From: a virus
Lineage: Duplodnaviria > Caudoviricetes
Direction: 5' to 3' (one strand)
IMG/VR virus record: IMGVR_UViG_3300033562_000494
Span: 1-46,685 of that record
Length of the DNA: 46,685 nucleotides
The stretch's first letter is position 1. Each line of letters starts with the position of its first letter. Below are positions 6,764-15,968 of the stretch, in pieces. The notes under the pieces were generated by a model. That model was given only the letters and a program-made list of their open reading frames with translations, searched no databases and was not told the origin of the DNA. The position numbers and the translations under genes are program-made.

Positions 6764-8362
6764 ATGAGATTGATTAACTTCAAACTGTTACCTGACACCC
6801 GAAAAAGCTTAGAAGACTTAGCCGCCAGCTACGGCAAGTCGGCTGATATGGACTGGATAGAAGACCTATATGCTTTGATGGTTGCCCGAGGTAGTCTAAG
6901 CCAGATTCCTAACGACCAAGAGATTGAAACCAAAGTCGCCGCCCTTGCCCTTAAAGAAAAATGGGCGAGCGTTAAAAGCTCTTTAGTCCGTTGGGCTTAT
7001 TTGAAACGGGCTAGTGCGTTGCGAACCGCTTGCGGTAAAACCTTTATGGCCGCTGCCGTTGCCTTTTATGACGACCCATTAAAAGGTTTAAGCGTTTATC
7101 TCCTTTTGCTCTTAGAGCTTTCTTGTAAGCGGAGAGAAAACCTATGTGCCGACTGCAAGCTTTTAGCTGCCTGTTCTTTCGGGACACAGTTTTCTGCAAT
7201 TCTCGCCAAGTCAGTTGATAAGTTAGTTTTGTTCGAGGATAGCGCGAAGCTTACTCATCCAGACTGTCCAAACAAACCTACTGCTGCCTTAGATAAAGAT
7301 GTTTGGTTAGATCAGAATAACAGGCTGCTTGACGAGATGCTTCTTCAACTAGAGAGCTATGCGAACTCTCCCGATTACGGACTTTTAGAAGAAGTTGTTC
7401 TTTCCGAAGAGGAATCCGACATGAAGCAGCTCTCAGGATCGGGTGCATCAGCGTTTGGCCGCTTACGCATGGCAGCTAATGCGTCTTTCACCGCGATGGA
7501 AAATTTTGTTAAGGAACTAACAAAGCAGCAATGGGCCATCTTTGATCTAGGGAAAGAGCTTGCTCACGCTTTAGGGAAAGCCCCGACCATCCTTTTAGAA
7601 AAGACTATAGAAGTTGCAGAGGACTCCGAGCAGAACTTTATATCTTCTGCCAGCGATTTGCCCAAGATGCTTTCGAGCCAGTTGGCGCTGCCTAAAGAAC
7701 TTGTAGAGCACAAGTTTGCCTCTAAAAGTTTGGTTGTTGAACAGCAGATGAAACCCGAACAAAAACAGAAGCTTCTTTACATTTTGCTTGATACTTCTGC
7801 GTCAATGGGAAGCCCTCTTGCAGCGGGTGGTAGTCTTTCGTGGCTTAACCTCCTAAACAGATCACAGTTTGCTAGAATCTTAATTAAGGCGCTTTTGCAC
7901 CGTTGCGAAGAGGTAGAGACGCTTGTTTATCTTCGCACCTTTGACAGTCGTGTTTCAGAGATGGCTTATGCCAAGAAAAAAGGGGAATACGAACTCCTTA
8001 GAAAGCAAATAACATATACTGCCTTTAACGGATGCTCCACATTTTTAGGTCTAGCTATGATCGCAGCAGCTAAGGATATTTTAGAGGCTACGGATGACTT
8101 GACTTACGCCGAGCTTCTTGTGCTTACGGACTGTGAGGCGGTTATTCCCGACAAAGAAAAGCTACAAATCCACAACGCACTTTCTGTAGCCGCTCAAGCA
8201 GGGAACCAGATGAAGAAAGGCTTCGACTTTTGCTTAGTTAATTTAGACTCAGTGAAGCATAAAAAAGATTCATTGCAGTGGCTTAAAGAAAAAGCAAAAA
8301 GTCATTTCACGATTAGCTCAAACATCACCAAAGTAGAGGAAATCTTAGTTGTCGTTAAATAA
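6764..8362 (+). CDS. von Willebrand factor A (vWA) domain protein, ViaA-like partner of the MoxR ATPase
   Basis: MIDAS motif YILLDTSASM, then GCST and LLVLTD; typical MoxR-vWA gene order. Confidence 0.85.
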   Translation: MRLINFKLLPDTRKSLEDLAASYGKSADMDWIEDLYALMVARGSLSQIPNDQEIETKVAALALKEKWASVKSSLVRWAYLKRASALRTACGKTFMAAAVAFYDDPLKGLSVYLLLLLELSCKRRENLCADCKLLAACSFGTQFSAILAKSVDKLVLFEDSAKLTHPDCPNKPTAALDKDVWLDQNNRLLDEMLLQLESYANSPDYGLLEEVVLSEEESDMKQLSGSGASAFGRLRMAANASFTAMENFVKELTKQQWAIFDLGKELAHALGKAPTILLEKTIEVAEDSEQNFISSASDLPKMLSSQLALPKELVEHKFASKSLVVEQQMKPEQKQKLLYILLDTSASMGSPLAAGGSLSWLNLLNRSQFARILIKALLHRCEEVETLVYLRTFDSRVSEMAYAKKKGEYELLRKQITYTAFNGCSTFLGLAMIAAAKDILEATDDLTYAELLVLTDCEAVIPDKEKLQIHNALSVAAQAGNQMKKGFDFCLVNLDSVKHKKDSLQWLKEKAKSHFTISSNITKVEEILVVVK

Positions 8363-8379
8363 ACAAGGAGAAATAAAAA

Positions 8380-8805
8380 ATGAATACAGCACCTACCGAA
8401 CAAGAAGTAATAGACTGGTTAAGCGACAGAGGAAGCTCCGCCTGTTATTTTGAGGCAATTTCCCGATACTTAGCCGAGCGGTGCAACATGCCAAAAGATG
8501 AACAAGATATTATGTTCGCTCAAGGCGACAAGGACGCTTTGATGCTCTCGACCTTCTATTTTATCCGAACCAACACAGGAACTAGCCTCCAAGAGTTAGT
8601 CGGGGAAGTTAGTATTCAAGAAGCCGCCCCTAAATTTCCTAGGAGAAATAACCCGTCAACCGTCTCCACTCATACAACTGATGAGGTTTATAACTGGTTG
8701 TTAGAGGCTCTGGTTGACTATATCTCCAAAGAGTCTTCTGATTACTTGGCCACAGAAAAGGCTCGCTATCCTCAAGATGACGATGAAGACGAGGCTCCTT
8801 ACTAG
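8380..8805 (+). CDS. Hypothetical acidic protein
   Basis: AAGGAG RBS; no motif recognised. Confidence 0.75.
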   Translation: MNTAPTEQEVIDWLSDRGSSACYFEAISRYLAERCNMPKDEQDIMFAQGDKDALMLSTFYFIRTNTGTSLQELVGEVSIQEAAPKFPRRNNPSTVSTHTTDEVYNWLLEALVDYISKESSDYLATEKARYPQDDDEDEAPY

Positions 8806-8820
8806 ACAAAATTCGACTTG

Positions 8821-8856
8821 ACCGCCGAGGCTATTTAGGCGTATAGCTTCGGCGGT
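8821..8856 (+). promoter_or_regulatory. 14-bp hairpin abutting a start codon
   Basis: ACCGCCGAGGCTAT-ttaggcgt-ATAGCTTCGGCGGT immediately followed by ATG at 8857. Confidence 0.7.
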
Positions 8857-9714
8857 ATGAAACTGAAAATTACAAAACGCCCATTCCAGCCTAGCGGAGC
8901 TTCCCCTAAGAAGCGTAATAAGCTAGTCATTCACCACGCCCGCAAACAAGGGGCGATTCCCGTTAAGCCCGAAAAGCGGCTTGCCTTAAACGACCCCCGT
9001 TCTGCTGATTATAATCCCGCCTTGAACAAGGCAGGGACTTCGACAGGGATTCATAACAGGCTTAATCCCCCTGACCCCGAATACATGAAAAAAATTCGGG
9101 CGATGCGAAAATTCTATTCCCCAAAGATGCCTTGCTTGCAATGCAACCTTTGTTCTTTCTCTTCGGCTTGCCCTCAGTTTAAGGCAGGGTATGAGTGCGC
9201 CTTCCTCCCTTTCTTAAACTCCCATAAGATAGACACCACGGACGACCTCCTTCACTACATGAAGGAACTTTTGTCGGCTAATATGCGCCGAGCGCATTTG
9301 TCTATGATGATGGAGACTTTGACAGGTGCGCCCCCAAGCCCCGAACTCAGCGAGTCTTTGAACTTGGCGTTCGCCCAGCTAACGAGCCTCCATGACAAAA
9401 TGAGCGAGTCCACCGAAAACATTTTGGAACTAGAAACCGATGACAACTCCATTATTGGAAAAATTTTTGGAAGTTTGGTAGCCCTTCAAGATGACACGAA
9501 GAACGCCGTAGAAGAAGCGGTTGAAGTAGAAGCCTCCGTTATATCTTCCGCAGAGCTAGACACGGAGAAGCAGAATCGAACTTACAACGGGATCGAACTC
9601 CCTCCTACTGATACTGATTTGCTTAACGACTTTCAAAAGAGTTTGCTTTCTTCCCAAGAGTCGGTTATCGTTTCGCTGGAAAAGAAAATACATGAGCAAC
9701 ACCCTACAACCTAG
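8857..9714 (+). CDS. Cys-rich hypothetical protein, possible terminase small subunit or regulator
   Basis: Basic N-terminus; CLQCNLCSFSSACPQFKAGYEC cysteine cluster; helical acidic C-terminus; lies upstream of terL. Function inferred from position only. Confidence 0.55.
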   Translation: MKLKITKRPFQPSGASPKKRNKLVIHHARKQGAIPVKPEKRLALNDPRSADYNPALNKAGTSTGIHNRLNPPDPEYMKKIRAMRKFYSPKMPCLQCNLCSFSSACPQFKAGYECAFLPFLNSHKIDTTDDLLHYMKELLSANMRRAHLSMMMETLTGAPPSPELSESLNLAFAQLTSLHDKMSESTENILELETDDNSIIGKIFGSLVALQDDTKNAVEEAVEVEASVISSAELDTEKQNRTYNGIELPPTDTDLLNDFQKSLLSSQESVIVSLEKKIHEQHPTT

Positions 9715-9961
9715 CACTTCGCCAGAGGATGCTTTTAAAGAATACACCCGTCTTTATTTTGAGACGGAAAAAGTCGTTCGTGAAAGCTTAGAAGAAGCCA
9801 AACAAAAAGAAGCCGAACAAGCGGCGAAGCTGCACCCCGCAGCCTCCCTGACTCCTAGCGGCAAAGAAGCCGCCATTGTGACCCGCAAAACTTTACACGG
9901 TAAGACAGCTATGACTGCCCAAGGTAAAAAGAACATTCAACAAGCAAAGGAGAAACCCTAA
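9692..9961 (+). CDS. Hypothetical protein
   Basis: Overlaps the previous stop; coupled to the next ORF (TAATG). Confidence 0.65.
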   Translation: MSNTLQPSTSPEDAFKEYTRLYFETEKVVRESLEEAKQKEAEQAAKLHPAASLTPSGKEAAIVTRKTLHGKTAMTAQGKKNIQQAKEKP

Positions 9962-10161
9962 TGAAAATTGCAACTGTAACCCCCGATTATATCACGCGAG
10001 GTAGTGGAGCCGAAAATGGCACGCTACCTTCCCCTAAACCGCTGGAGGCTTCCGAACAGCTAAAGCCCGACTTCGATTTAGGTGTCGAATCCGCTCGCCT
10101 TGCCATCACAGGCTTCTTTAAGAACGCCGTTGTGATTCCGATGGGCGGCGAGTCTATCTAA
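9961..10161 (+). CDS. Hypothetical protein (66 aa)
   Basis: AAGGAG RBS and TAATG overlap. Confidence 0.65.
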   Translation: MKIATVTPDYITRGSGAENGTLPSPKPLEASEQLKPDFDLGVESARLAITGFFKNAVVIPMGGESI

Positions 10162-10165
10162 AGGA

Positions 10166-10183
10166 TAATTTAGAGCTAAATTA
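10166..10183. promoter_or_regulatory. 18-bp palindromic motif copy
   Basis: TAATTTAGAGCTAAATTA upstream of the terminase. Confidence 0.85.
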
Positions 10184-10280
10184 TTTTAGCTCTTTCTTTT
10201 GCTTCTATCACTTAAACCTACACGAACATTGTCGTTTTAAAGCCGCTTAAACGCCGCTTTAAGCCGCTTTAATCCTTTTT

Positions 10281-13200
10281 ATGAGTCAACTTGTCCAAAA
10301 ACCACAGGTATCGTCTAAACGAGTCCTAAATGCCTCCATTAACGACCCTGCCAAGCAGCTAGACCTAAAGAAGCTCGTTTTGAGCATTGTCACGCTTGCC
10401 CAAACGATTGCCCAAAAGAAGCTATACCCTCCCCAAGTCAAGGTATGCTATCGCATCGCCGAAGCGGTCTTAGAACATGAAGGCGAAGTTGTCTGTTCCC
10501 TCATCTCACGCCAGTTCGGAAAGTGTTTAGCCGAAGGAACCCAAGTGATGATGGCAGATACTACGGTGCGCTCCGTAGAAAAGATTAAAATGGGCGATCG
10601 CGTTATGGGAGATGATGGGACTCCGAGAACCGTGACTTCTCTAGCGTCTGGTTCTGAAAAGATGTATGAGATTCGCCCAAGGACTAAATATGGAGACAGT
10701 TATACCGTCAACGAGTCTCATATTTTGTCTCTCTTAGCAACAAAGCGAGATGCCCCAAGTAGAGTAGAGGACATCTGCGTAAAAGATGTCTTAAAAGACT
10801 CTCGTATAAAAACGAGTCACCTTTTAGGTTATCGAGGCACTTTTGATTTTCCAGAGAAAGAAGTCCCGATAGACCCTTACTGGCTCGGTTTATGGTTAGG
10901 AGACGGAAATAGCCGCTCCCCTGCTATCTATAATAAAGACCCCGAAGTTTTGCTTCGCATTTACAAATATGCAATTAAACTAGGTGGCGATGTTTCGGTT
11001 TATGAAGAACCTACCTGTTACGGTTACAACATTGTTGGAACTGACTTAAACCTTCGCCTAAAAGCTCTTCGGTTAAAGACGAACAAGCATATTCCACGAG
11101 CTTATTTTACCAATTCAAGAAAAGTCAGGCTCGAACTCTTAGCGGGTTTGATTGACTCAGACGGCTCACTGAACAAACATACTCAGACGACTTATGAGAT
11201 TTGCCAAACTTCAAAACGGTTAGCCGATGACATTGTTTTTTTGGCTAGGTCTTTAGGCTTTAGGGCATATCACTATCCCCGAAAAACGAAGTGTCAGACA
11301 GGCGTAGAAGGCGAAGCTTACCGCTGTTATATCTACGGAGACATTTCAACGATTCCCGTTGTCGTAAGACGCAAAAAAGCCAAGAAGCAAGCTGTTAGAG
11401 AAAACCCGTTAAGCTACGGAATTAAAATTGTCCCGAAAGGTGTAGGTAAGTACTACGGCTTCACCCTCTCGGGTAAAAACCGTCGCTTCATGTTAGGAGA
11501 CTTCACTGTTACGCATAACACCGAAGCACTCGGAGCTATCATCGCCGCCCTTTGTGTGATGCTCCCTTACTTGGCGAAGAAGTATCCCGACTCTTGGCAT
11601 CTAAACATCACCGATGATAACGGAGTCTATCGCGGCTTTCGTTTTGGATTTAAAGTGGGTATCTACGCCCCTCGGCGAGCGCAAGCGCAAATTATGTTTG
11701 ACCGTATCAAAACAATTTTTGCAACAGACTCAGCCAAGCAGGTGTTAAAAGAAATCAAGCTCACCCAAGAAGTCAGTAACGGTAACTCCGTTAAGCTCTC
11801 CAATAATTCTAGGATTCTTTGCGAGTCTGCATCCGAGCAGTCCAAGATTGAAGGAGCGACCCACGACTTACTTGTAGCAGAAGAAGCGCAGGATATTAGT
11901 GACTTGAAAATTCGTAAAAGTTTGCGCCCGATGATTGCGTCCACCAAAGGCTGTTTTGTTATGATCGGAACCGCCACAGGTAAAAAGTGTGAGTTTTATT
12001 CCGCTTTAAAAATTGCCCAAAGGTCGCAACTCGTGACAGGCAAGCAAAACTCTTTTGTTTATCCCTATTCCATTTGTCAAAATTACAACTCTCTCTACCG
12101 AGATTATATCGCCAAGGAAAAGATACGCTTAGGCGAAGACTCAGACGAGTTCTTGACTTCCTACGGCTGTTTGTTGCCCGACTCGCGGATTACTACATTG
12201 GACGGAAGTTCTAAAAAGTTAAGGGAGATCACGACGACGGACTTTGTGCTAGGACACACAGGTAATTTTAGACCTGTTACTTACGGGGCTAAGAAAAAGT
12301 GGAGACAACCTATCTATAAAATAGACCTTTTAGGGCATAGCGACTCCGTAGAACTTACTCACGACCATGAATCTCTGACAGGGCGTGGCTGGGTTCGTGC
12401 TGACGCGCTTAGAAAAGACGACATCCTTTTATACCCATGTTTTGAACTTTCAGAGAAGGTTAGCATTGTCGAAGTTCAATCCCGAAAGACTAAGGGAGGC
12501 TTTTGTCTTCCGTCAACGCTTCTGCTAAGTGCCGATTTGGGAGAACTCTTAGGCTGGTATATCGCAGAAGGATGTTCAAATCAGCAGAATAAATCGAATG
12601 TTAGCTTTTTTCTAAATAAAAAAGAGAAACAAGAAGCCCAGCGAATACGGCAACTCCTTCGTTCCTTTTTCGGAGTAGAAGCTCGCTTACGCTACCTCCC
12701 TACTTCGTTGTCAGTCACAGTAAATTGCGCCCATTTAAATCGCTGGCTAACCCTTCAATTTGGACATTTAGCAAAAAACAAAAAACTTCCTTCTTGGTTT
12801 TTAAATGCCCCAAAAGATTTTCTTCGGGCGTTTATTCGCGCTTACTTTGAAGGAGACGGTTGCTACTCTCGTTCTGGTAAAAAGCGTTGGGTAGCTTCGG
12901 CGGGGTCAGCGAGTCGAGCTTTGCTTGAGCAGATAGGGGTTATCCTTAGCGGGTTTAAGATAGCATCTTCTTTTCATGAAGGAGTTAACGCACGCTCTGT
13001 CATAAACGGACGACAAATAAAAGAGAGTCGGTTATACTGTCTTTATGTTTATGGGTTAGCCTCTCAAGATATTTTTGATAAGCATAATACGAAACGAGCT
13101 TCCAGCTATCTTTCAAAAGGTTATTTGTTTCGTCGCATAAAGAGAATAAGTCGCCGCCCCTATATCGGCGAGGTCTGTGACATCACAGTGGATAAGGATC

Positions 13201-13994
13201 AGAGCTTCTCAACAACAGCGTTTGTCGTGCATAATTGTATTTGGATCTTTGAACGAGGGATGTTTGTTACTCAAGAGCAGTTGTTTAATGTTTCCACCGC
13301 CTGTAAAGCAGGAGCCTTCTCCTACCTGTATCCTGACGGGCATCGAAACGCTTTGGGAGGTTACTCCTTAGTGGCTGGAATTGATTGGGGCAAATCGCAC
13401 GACAGCACCGTCGTTTGTCTTGCCGCTGTTAATTGGAATCATCCACAGGAGCGAGGAACCTATAACCGTCACGGCGTTCAAATAGAATACCAGACTTTCA
13501 AAAAGCACATCGTAGGCTTTATGGAGCTTATGGGCGACAACTACGAAGCTCAATTCTGGTCTATCGTGGAGTATCTTTCTAAGTTCCCGCAACTCGCTAA
13601 AATAGTCAACGATGCGAACAGTTGCGGGACACCCATGAATGATCGCTTAGATGCTTTTTACAAACCTCGCGGCGTTCTTGTGGAAGGCTTCACCTTCCAA
13701 GCAAAGTCAAAATCAGATTTGTATAAAAGCTATTACAGCGACCTTTGTGGGCATCGGGTGACTTTTCCGTGCGGAGAGGCATCGAGGCAGACAAAAGAAT
13801 ATCGCAAGTTTGTTGGTCAGATGTTGGACTTGACCAAGACCTATCGGAACGGGAATATGGTAGTTTGCCACCCACCAGAAAAAGATTGCCATGATGATTT
13901 TCCAGACGCTTCGGCTCTAGCTCTATGGGGATGCAACACTTCGGGCTACGCCAACAGCATTGACATGCACGATAATATCTTTTATAGGAGATAA
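10281..13994 (+). CDS. terL: Terminase large subunit containing two inteins (mature ~549 aa)
   Basis: Walker A SRQFGK|T (intein-split), GIYAPRRAQA, Walker B LLVAEEAQD, GTA coupling motif, nuclease motifs AGIDWGKSHDST and HDDFPDA. Confidence 0.95.
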   Translation: MSQLVQKPQVSSKRVLNASINDPAKQLDLKKLVLSIVTLAQTIAQKKLYPPQVKVCYRIAEAVLEHEGEVVCSLISRQFGKCLAEGTQVMMADTTVRSVEKIKMGDRVMGDDGTPRTVTSLASGSEKMYEIRPRTKYGDSYTVNESHILSLLATKRDAPSRVEDICVKDVLKDSRIKTSHLLGYRGTFDFPEKEVPIDPYWLGLWLGDGNSRSPAIYNKDPEVLLRIYKYAIKLGGDVSVYEEPTCYGYNIVGTDLNLRLKALRLKTNKHIPRAYFTNSRKVRLELLAGLIDSDGSLNKHTQTTYEICQTSKRLADDIVFLARSLGFRAYHYPRKTKCQTGVEGEAYRCYIYGDISTIPVVVRRKKAKKQAVRENPLSYGIKIVPKGVGKYYGFTLSGKNRRFMLGDFTVTHNTEALGAIIAALCVMLPYLAKKYPDSWHLNITDDNGVYRGFRFGFKVGIYAPRRAQAQIMFDRIKTIFATDSAKQVLKEIKLTQEVSNGNSVKLSNNSRILCESASEQSKIEGATHDLLVAEEAQDISDLKIRKSLRPMIASTKGCFVMIGTATGKKCEFYSALKIAQRSQLVTGKQNSFVYPYSICQNYNSLYRDYIAKEKIRLGEDSDEFLTSYGCLLPDSRITTLDGSSKKLREITTTDFVLGHTGNFRPVTYGAKKKWRQPIYKIDLLGHSDSVELTHDHESLTGRGWVRADALRKDDILLYPCFELSEKVSIVEVQSRKTKGGFCLPSTLLLSADLGELLGWYIAEGCSNQQNKSNVSFFLNKKEKQEAQRIRQLLRSFFGVEARLRYLPTSLSVTVNCAHLNRWLTLQFGHLAKNKKLPSWFLNAPKDFLRAFIRAYFEGDGCYSRSGKKRWVASAGSASRALLEQIGVILSGFKIASSFHEGVNARSVINGRQIKESRLYCLYVYGLASQDIFDKHNTKRASSYLSKGYLFRRIKRISRRPYIGEVCDITVDKDQSFSTTAFVVHNCIWIFERGMFVTQEQLFNVSTACKAGAFSYLYPDGHRNALGGYSLVAGIDWGKSHDSTVVCLAAVNWNHPQERGTYNRHGVQIEYQTFKKHIVGFMELMGDNYEAQFWSIVEYLSKFPQLAKIVNDANSCGTPMNDRLDAFYKPRGVLVEGFTFQAKSKSDLYKSYYSDLCGHRVTFPCGEASRQTKEYRKFVGQMLDLTKTYRNGNMVVCHPPEKDCHDDFPDASALALWGCNTSGYANSIDMHDNIFYRR
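10524..11519 (+). mobile_element. Intein 1 (332 aa) with LAGLIDADG homing endonuclease
   Basis: Starts CLAEGT, TVNESH block B, motifs WLGLWLGDG and LLAGLIDSDG, ends VTHN|T; inserted between Walker A Lys and Thr. Confidence 0.95.
12168..13235 (+). mobile_element. Intein 2 (356 aa) with LAGLIDADG homing endonuclease
   Basis: Starts CLLPDS, LTHDH block B, motifs LLGWYIAEG and FIRAYFEGDG, ends VVHN|C; inserted at SYG|CIW in the ATPase-nuclease hinge. Confidence 0.95.
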
Positions 13995-13996
13995 GT

Positions 13997-15628
13997 ATGA
14001 GCATACCTATTGCAACTTTTCGCAGGACGGATTTTCAAGGAATGACCGACACTTACGGCTACCCTCGCTATCTCTCTTCCGTAGCATCTAGCCCCGTTCA
14101 AGAGGATACGGGGGCGAGTGAAATCCAACGAGCTTTGAACGGAATTGCGCCCTTAGATGTCAGCGGTCAACTAGCTGCTGCCACAGAGGACGCAGCTTCC
14201 CGCCTAAACCGCTATCGGTTGCTCAAACGCTTCTATACGCAAGAGAACGAAAACCGAATCCGTGAAGACGGAGATTTGAGTGTTATCTTCAACTACTGCA
14301 AGAAAACGATTACCACAGGAACAGATTGGCTCGTAGGCGCAGGATGGGAAGTTCGTTGTCCTAAAGGGTACGAAACTGTAGCCGCGTATCTCAATCGAGT
14401 TTGGGCCGCTAATAAGCACCTCGTTCTCTTAGAACTTTTGGGGCAAAGTGGGGGACTTTACGGGGACGCTTTTCTAATGGTGTCTGTTTCTACCCAAGAT
14501 AAAAGTAACCCTCCTAAGATTGTTATAGCTCCTATTCAACCGAACTATTGTTTCCCTGTTTGGGAGTCGGTAGCTGGGCAATCCAAACTGACCAGCGTGA
14601 TGATCCAGTATCCGCAGAACGGAAAGAAGCCCGACGGCTCCCCGTATAGTCTCTATACTTTGTATATCACGCCAGAAACTTATGAAGTTTGGCTAGATCG
14701 GGACAGTCAAGGGGAACAACCGAATCAATTTGGTGAAGTGAATGTTATCCATATTCCAAACCAAGTGAGCATAGATACCCCTTTCGGGTCTTCTGATTTG
14801 CAAGAGCTTGGAAGCGTAAACACAATTTTAAACTCTATTACAAACAAGACCGTCCAGATTATTGATTACCATGCTGAACCGACTACCTGTATTTTTGGAG
14901 CAAAAGTTTCTTCGCTGGAAAAAGGAGCAGGTAGGCTTTGGTCAAACCTTCCCGTAGATGGCAAAGTCGAAAATTTAGCTCTAAATACCGACCTTGCGGC
15001 TATCTACAACTTGCGTGAGTCCTTGAAAAAAGAAATTTCGGAATTGGGAGAAATACCAAGAGTGGCGTTAGACCCTAGCGATTACCACTTCACGAACACT
15101 TCGGGAATCGCCATGCAGCTAATGTTCTTGCCGCTTATTACGAAGACCACGAGAAAGCATCGGGTTTATGGGGCAGCGTTGCAACAAGCAAACACCCTGA
15201 TTCTTAAAGCAGCTAAACTACTTGAAGTTTTTCCTGTGCTTCCTGAAAGCGAACAAGATTTTGATGGCACTACGGAGCTTGTCTTTAAGTCTCTGCTTCC
15301 AAGAGATGTCCAAGCCGAAACCGACTTGGCGGTTAAGAAAGTTGAAATGGGCGTTTGGAGTCGAGCCGAAGCTATTAGGCAACTTTCGGGGGTCAGTGAT
15401 ATGGGGCGGCTCACTTTGGAGCTTGCCGCTGACGCAAGTCGAGAGCTTTTGATGGCGTATGAAAACCAGAAATCTACACAGGGAGTTGCGCCCAATATCG
15501 GGGCGACCTTTATCGGCTCCGAGCAGCTTCTAAACTCTCATACAGAACTAGCCGCCGACATAAACAAACAGGTAGAAGCGGCCCTCTCTCAAAAAAGTGC
15601 AAAAAAGAACTTGCCAGAAACAGAATAG
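13997..15628 (+). CDS. Portal protein (SPP1 gp6-like)
   Basis: Follows terL; FNYCKK, GLYGDAF, VIHIPN...PFGSSDL, NTSGIAMQLMFLPL motifs; 543 aa. Confidence 0.88.
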   Translation: MSIPIATFRRTDFQGMTDTYGYPRYLSSVASSPVQEDTGASEIQRALNGIAPLDVSGQLAAATEDAASRLNRYRLLKRFYTQENENRIREDGDLSVIFNYCKKTITTGTDWLVGAGWEVRCPKGYETVAAYLNRVWAANKHLVLLELLGQSGGLYGDAFLMVSVSTQDKSNPPKIVIAPIQPNYCFPVWESVAGQSKLTSVMIQYPQNGKKPDGSPYSLYTLYITPETYEVWLDRDSQGEQPNQFGEVNVIHIPNQVSIDTPFGSSDLQELGSVNTILNSITNKTVQIIDYHAEPTTCIFGAKVSSLEKGAGRLWSNLPVDGKVENLALNTDLAAIYNLRESLKKEISELGEIPRVALDPSDYHFTNTSGIAMQLMFLPLITKTTRKHRVYGAALQQANTLILKAAKLLEVFPVLPESEQDFDGTTELVFKSLLPRDVQAETDLAVKKVEMGVWSRAEAIRQLSGVSDMGRLTLELAADASRELLMAYENQKSTQGVAPNIGATFIGSEQLLNSHTELAADINKQVEAALSQKSAKKNLPETE

Positions 15629-15663
15629 ACAGGTAAGGAATAAATAACTTAACAAGGAGTTTT

Positions 15664-15861
15664 ATGGATAACGCACAAGCAACTGAACACAATGCCACCT
15701 TCTCTCAGGGAGCGAAAGCCATTGATAAAGTGGAATACTTTACGAAGATGAACGCCATTGACCCTCAGACGGGGATTCAATCGCCCACCCCTGTTTTCTA
15801 TGATGAAAAAGGCGGCGCGAATCCTTCCCCTTCGATTGCTCGTGGTCAATCGTTGCCGTAA
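15664..15861 (+). CDS. Small hypothetical head-region protein
   Basis: AAGGAG RBS; lies between portal and scaffold. Confidence 0.7.
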   Translation: MDNAQATEHNATFSQGAKAIDKVEYFTKMNAIDPQTGIQSPTPVFYDEKGGANPSPSIARGQSLP

Positions 15862-15862
15862 C

Positions 15863-15895
15863 TAATTTAGACCTAAATTATTTAGTGCTAAAGCT
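15863..15895. promoter_or_regulatory. Tandem pair of palindromic motifs (15-bp offset)
   Basis: TAATTTAGACCTAAATTA overlapping TTATTTAGTGCTAAAGCT. Confidence 0.85.
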
Positions 15896-15968
15896 TGGCG
15901 CGGGTGCGTCAGGCATAAACAAAAAACAAAAACTACATTACAAGGAATCCTTTTAGGATATTTCATTT

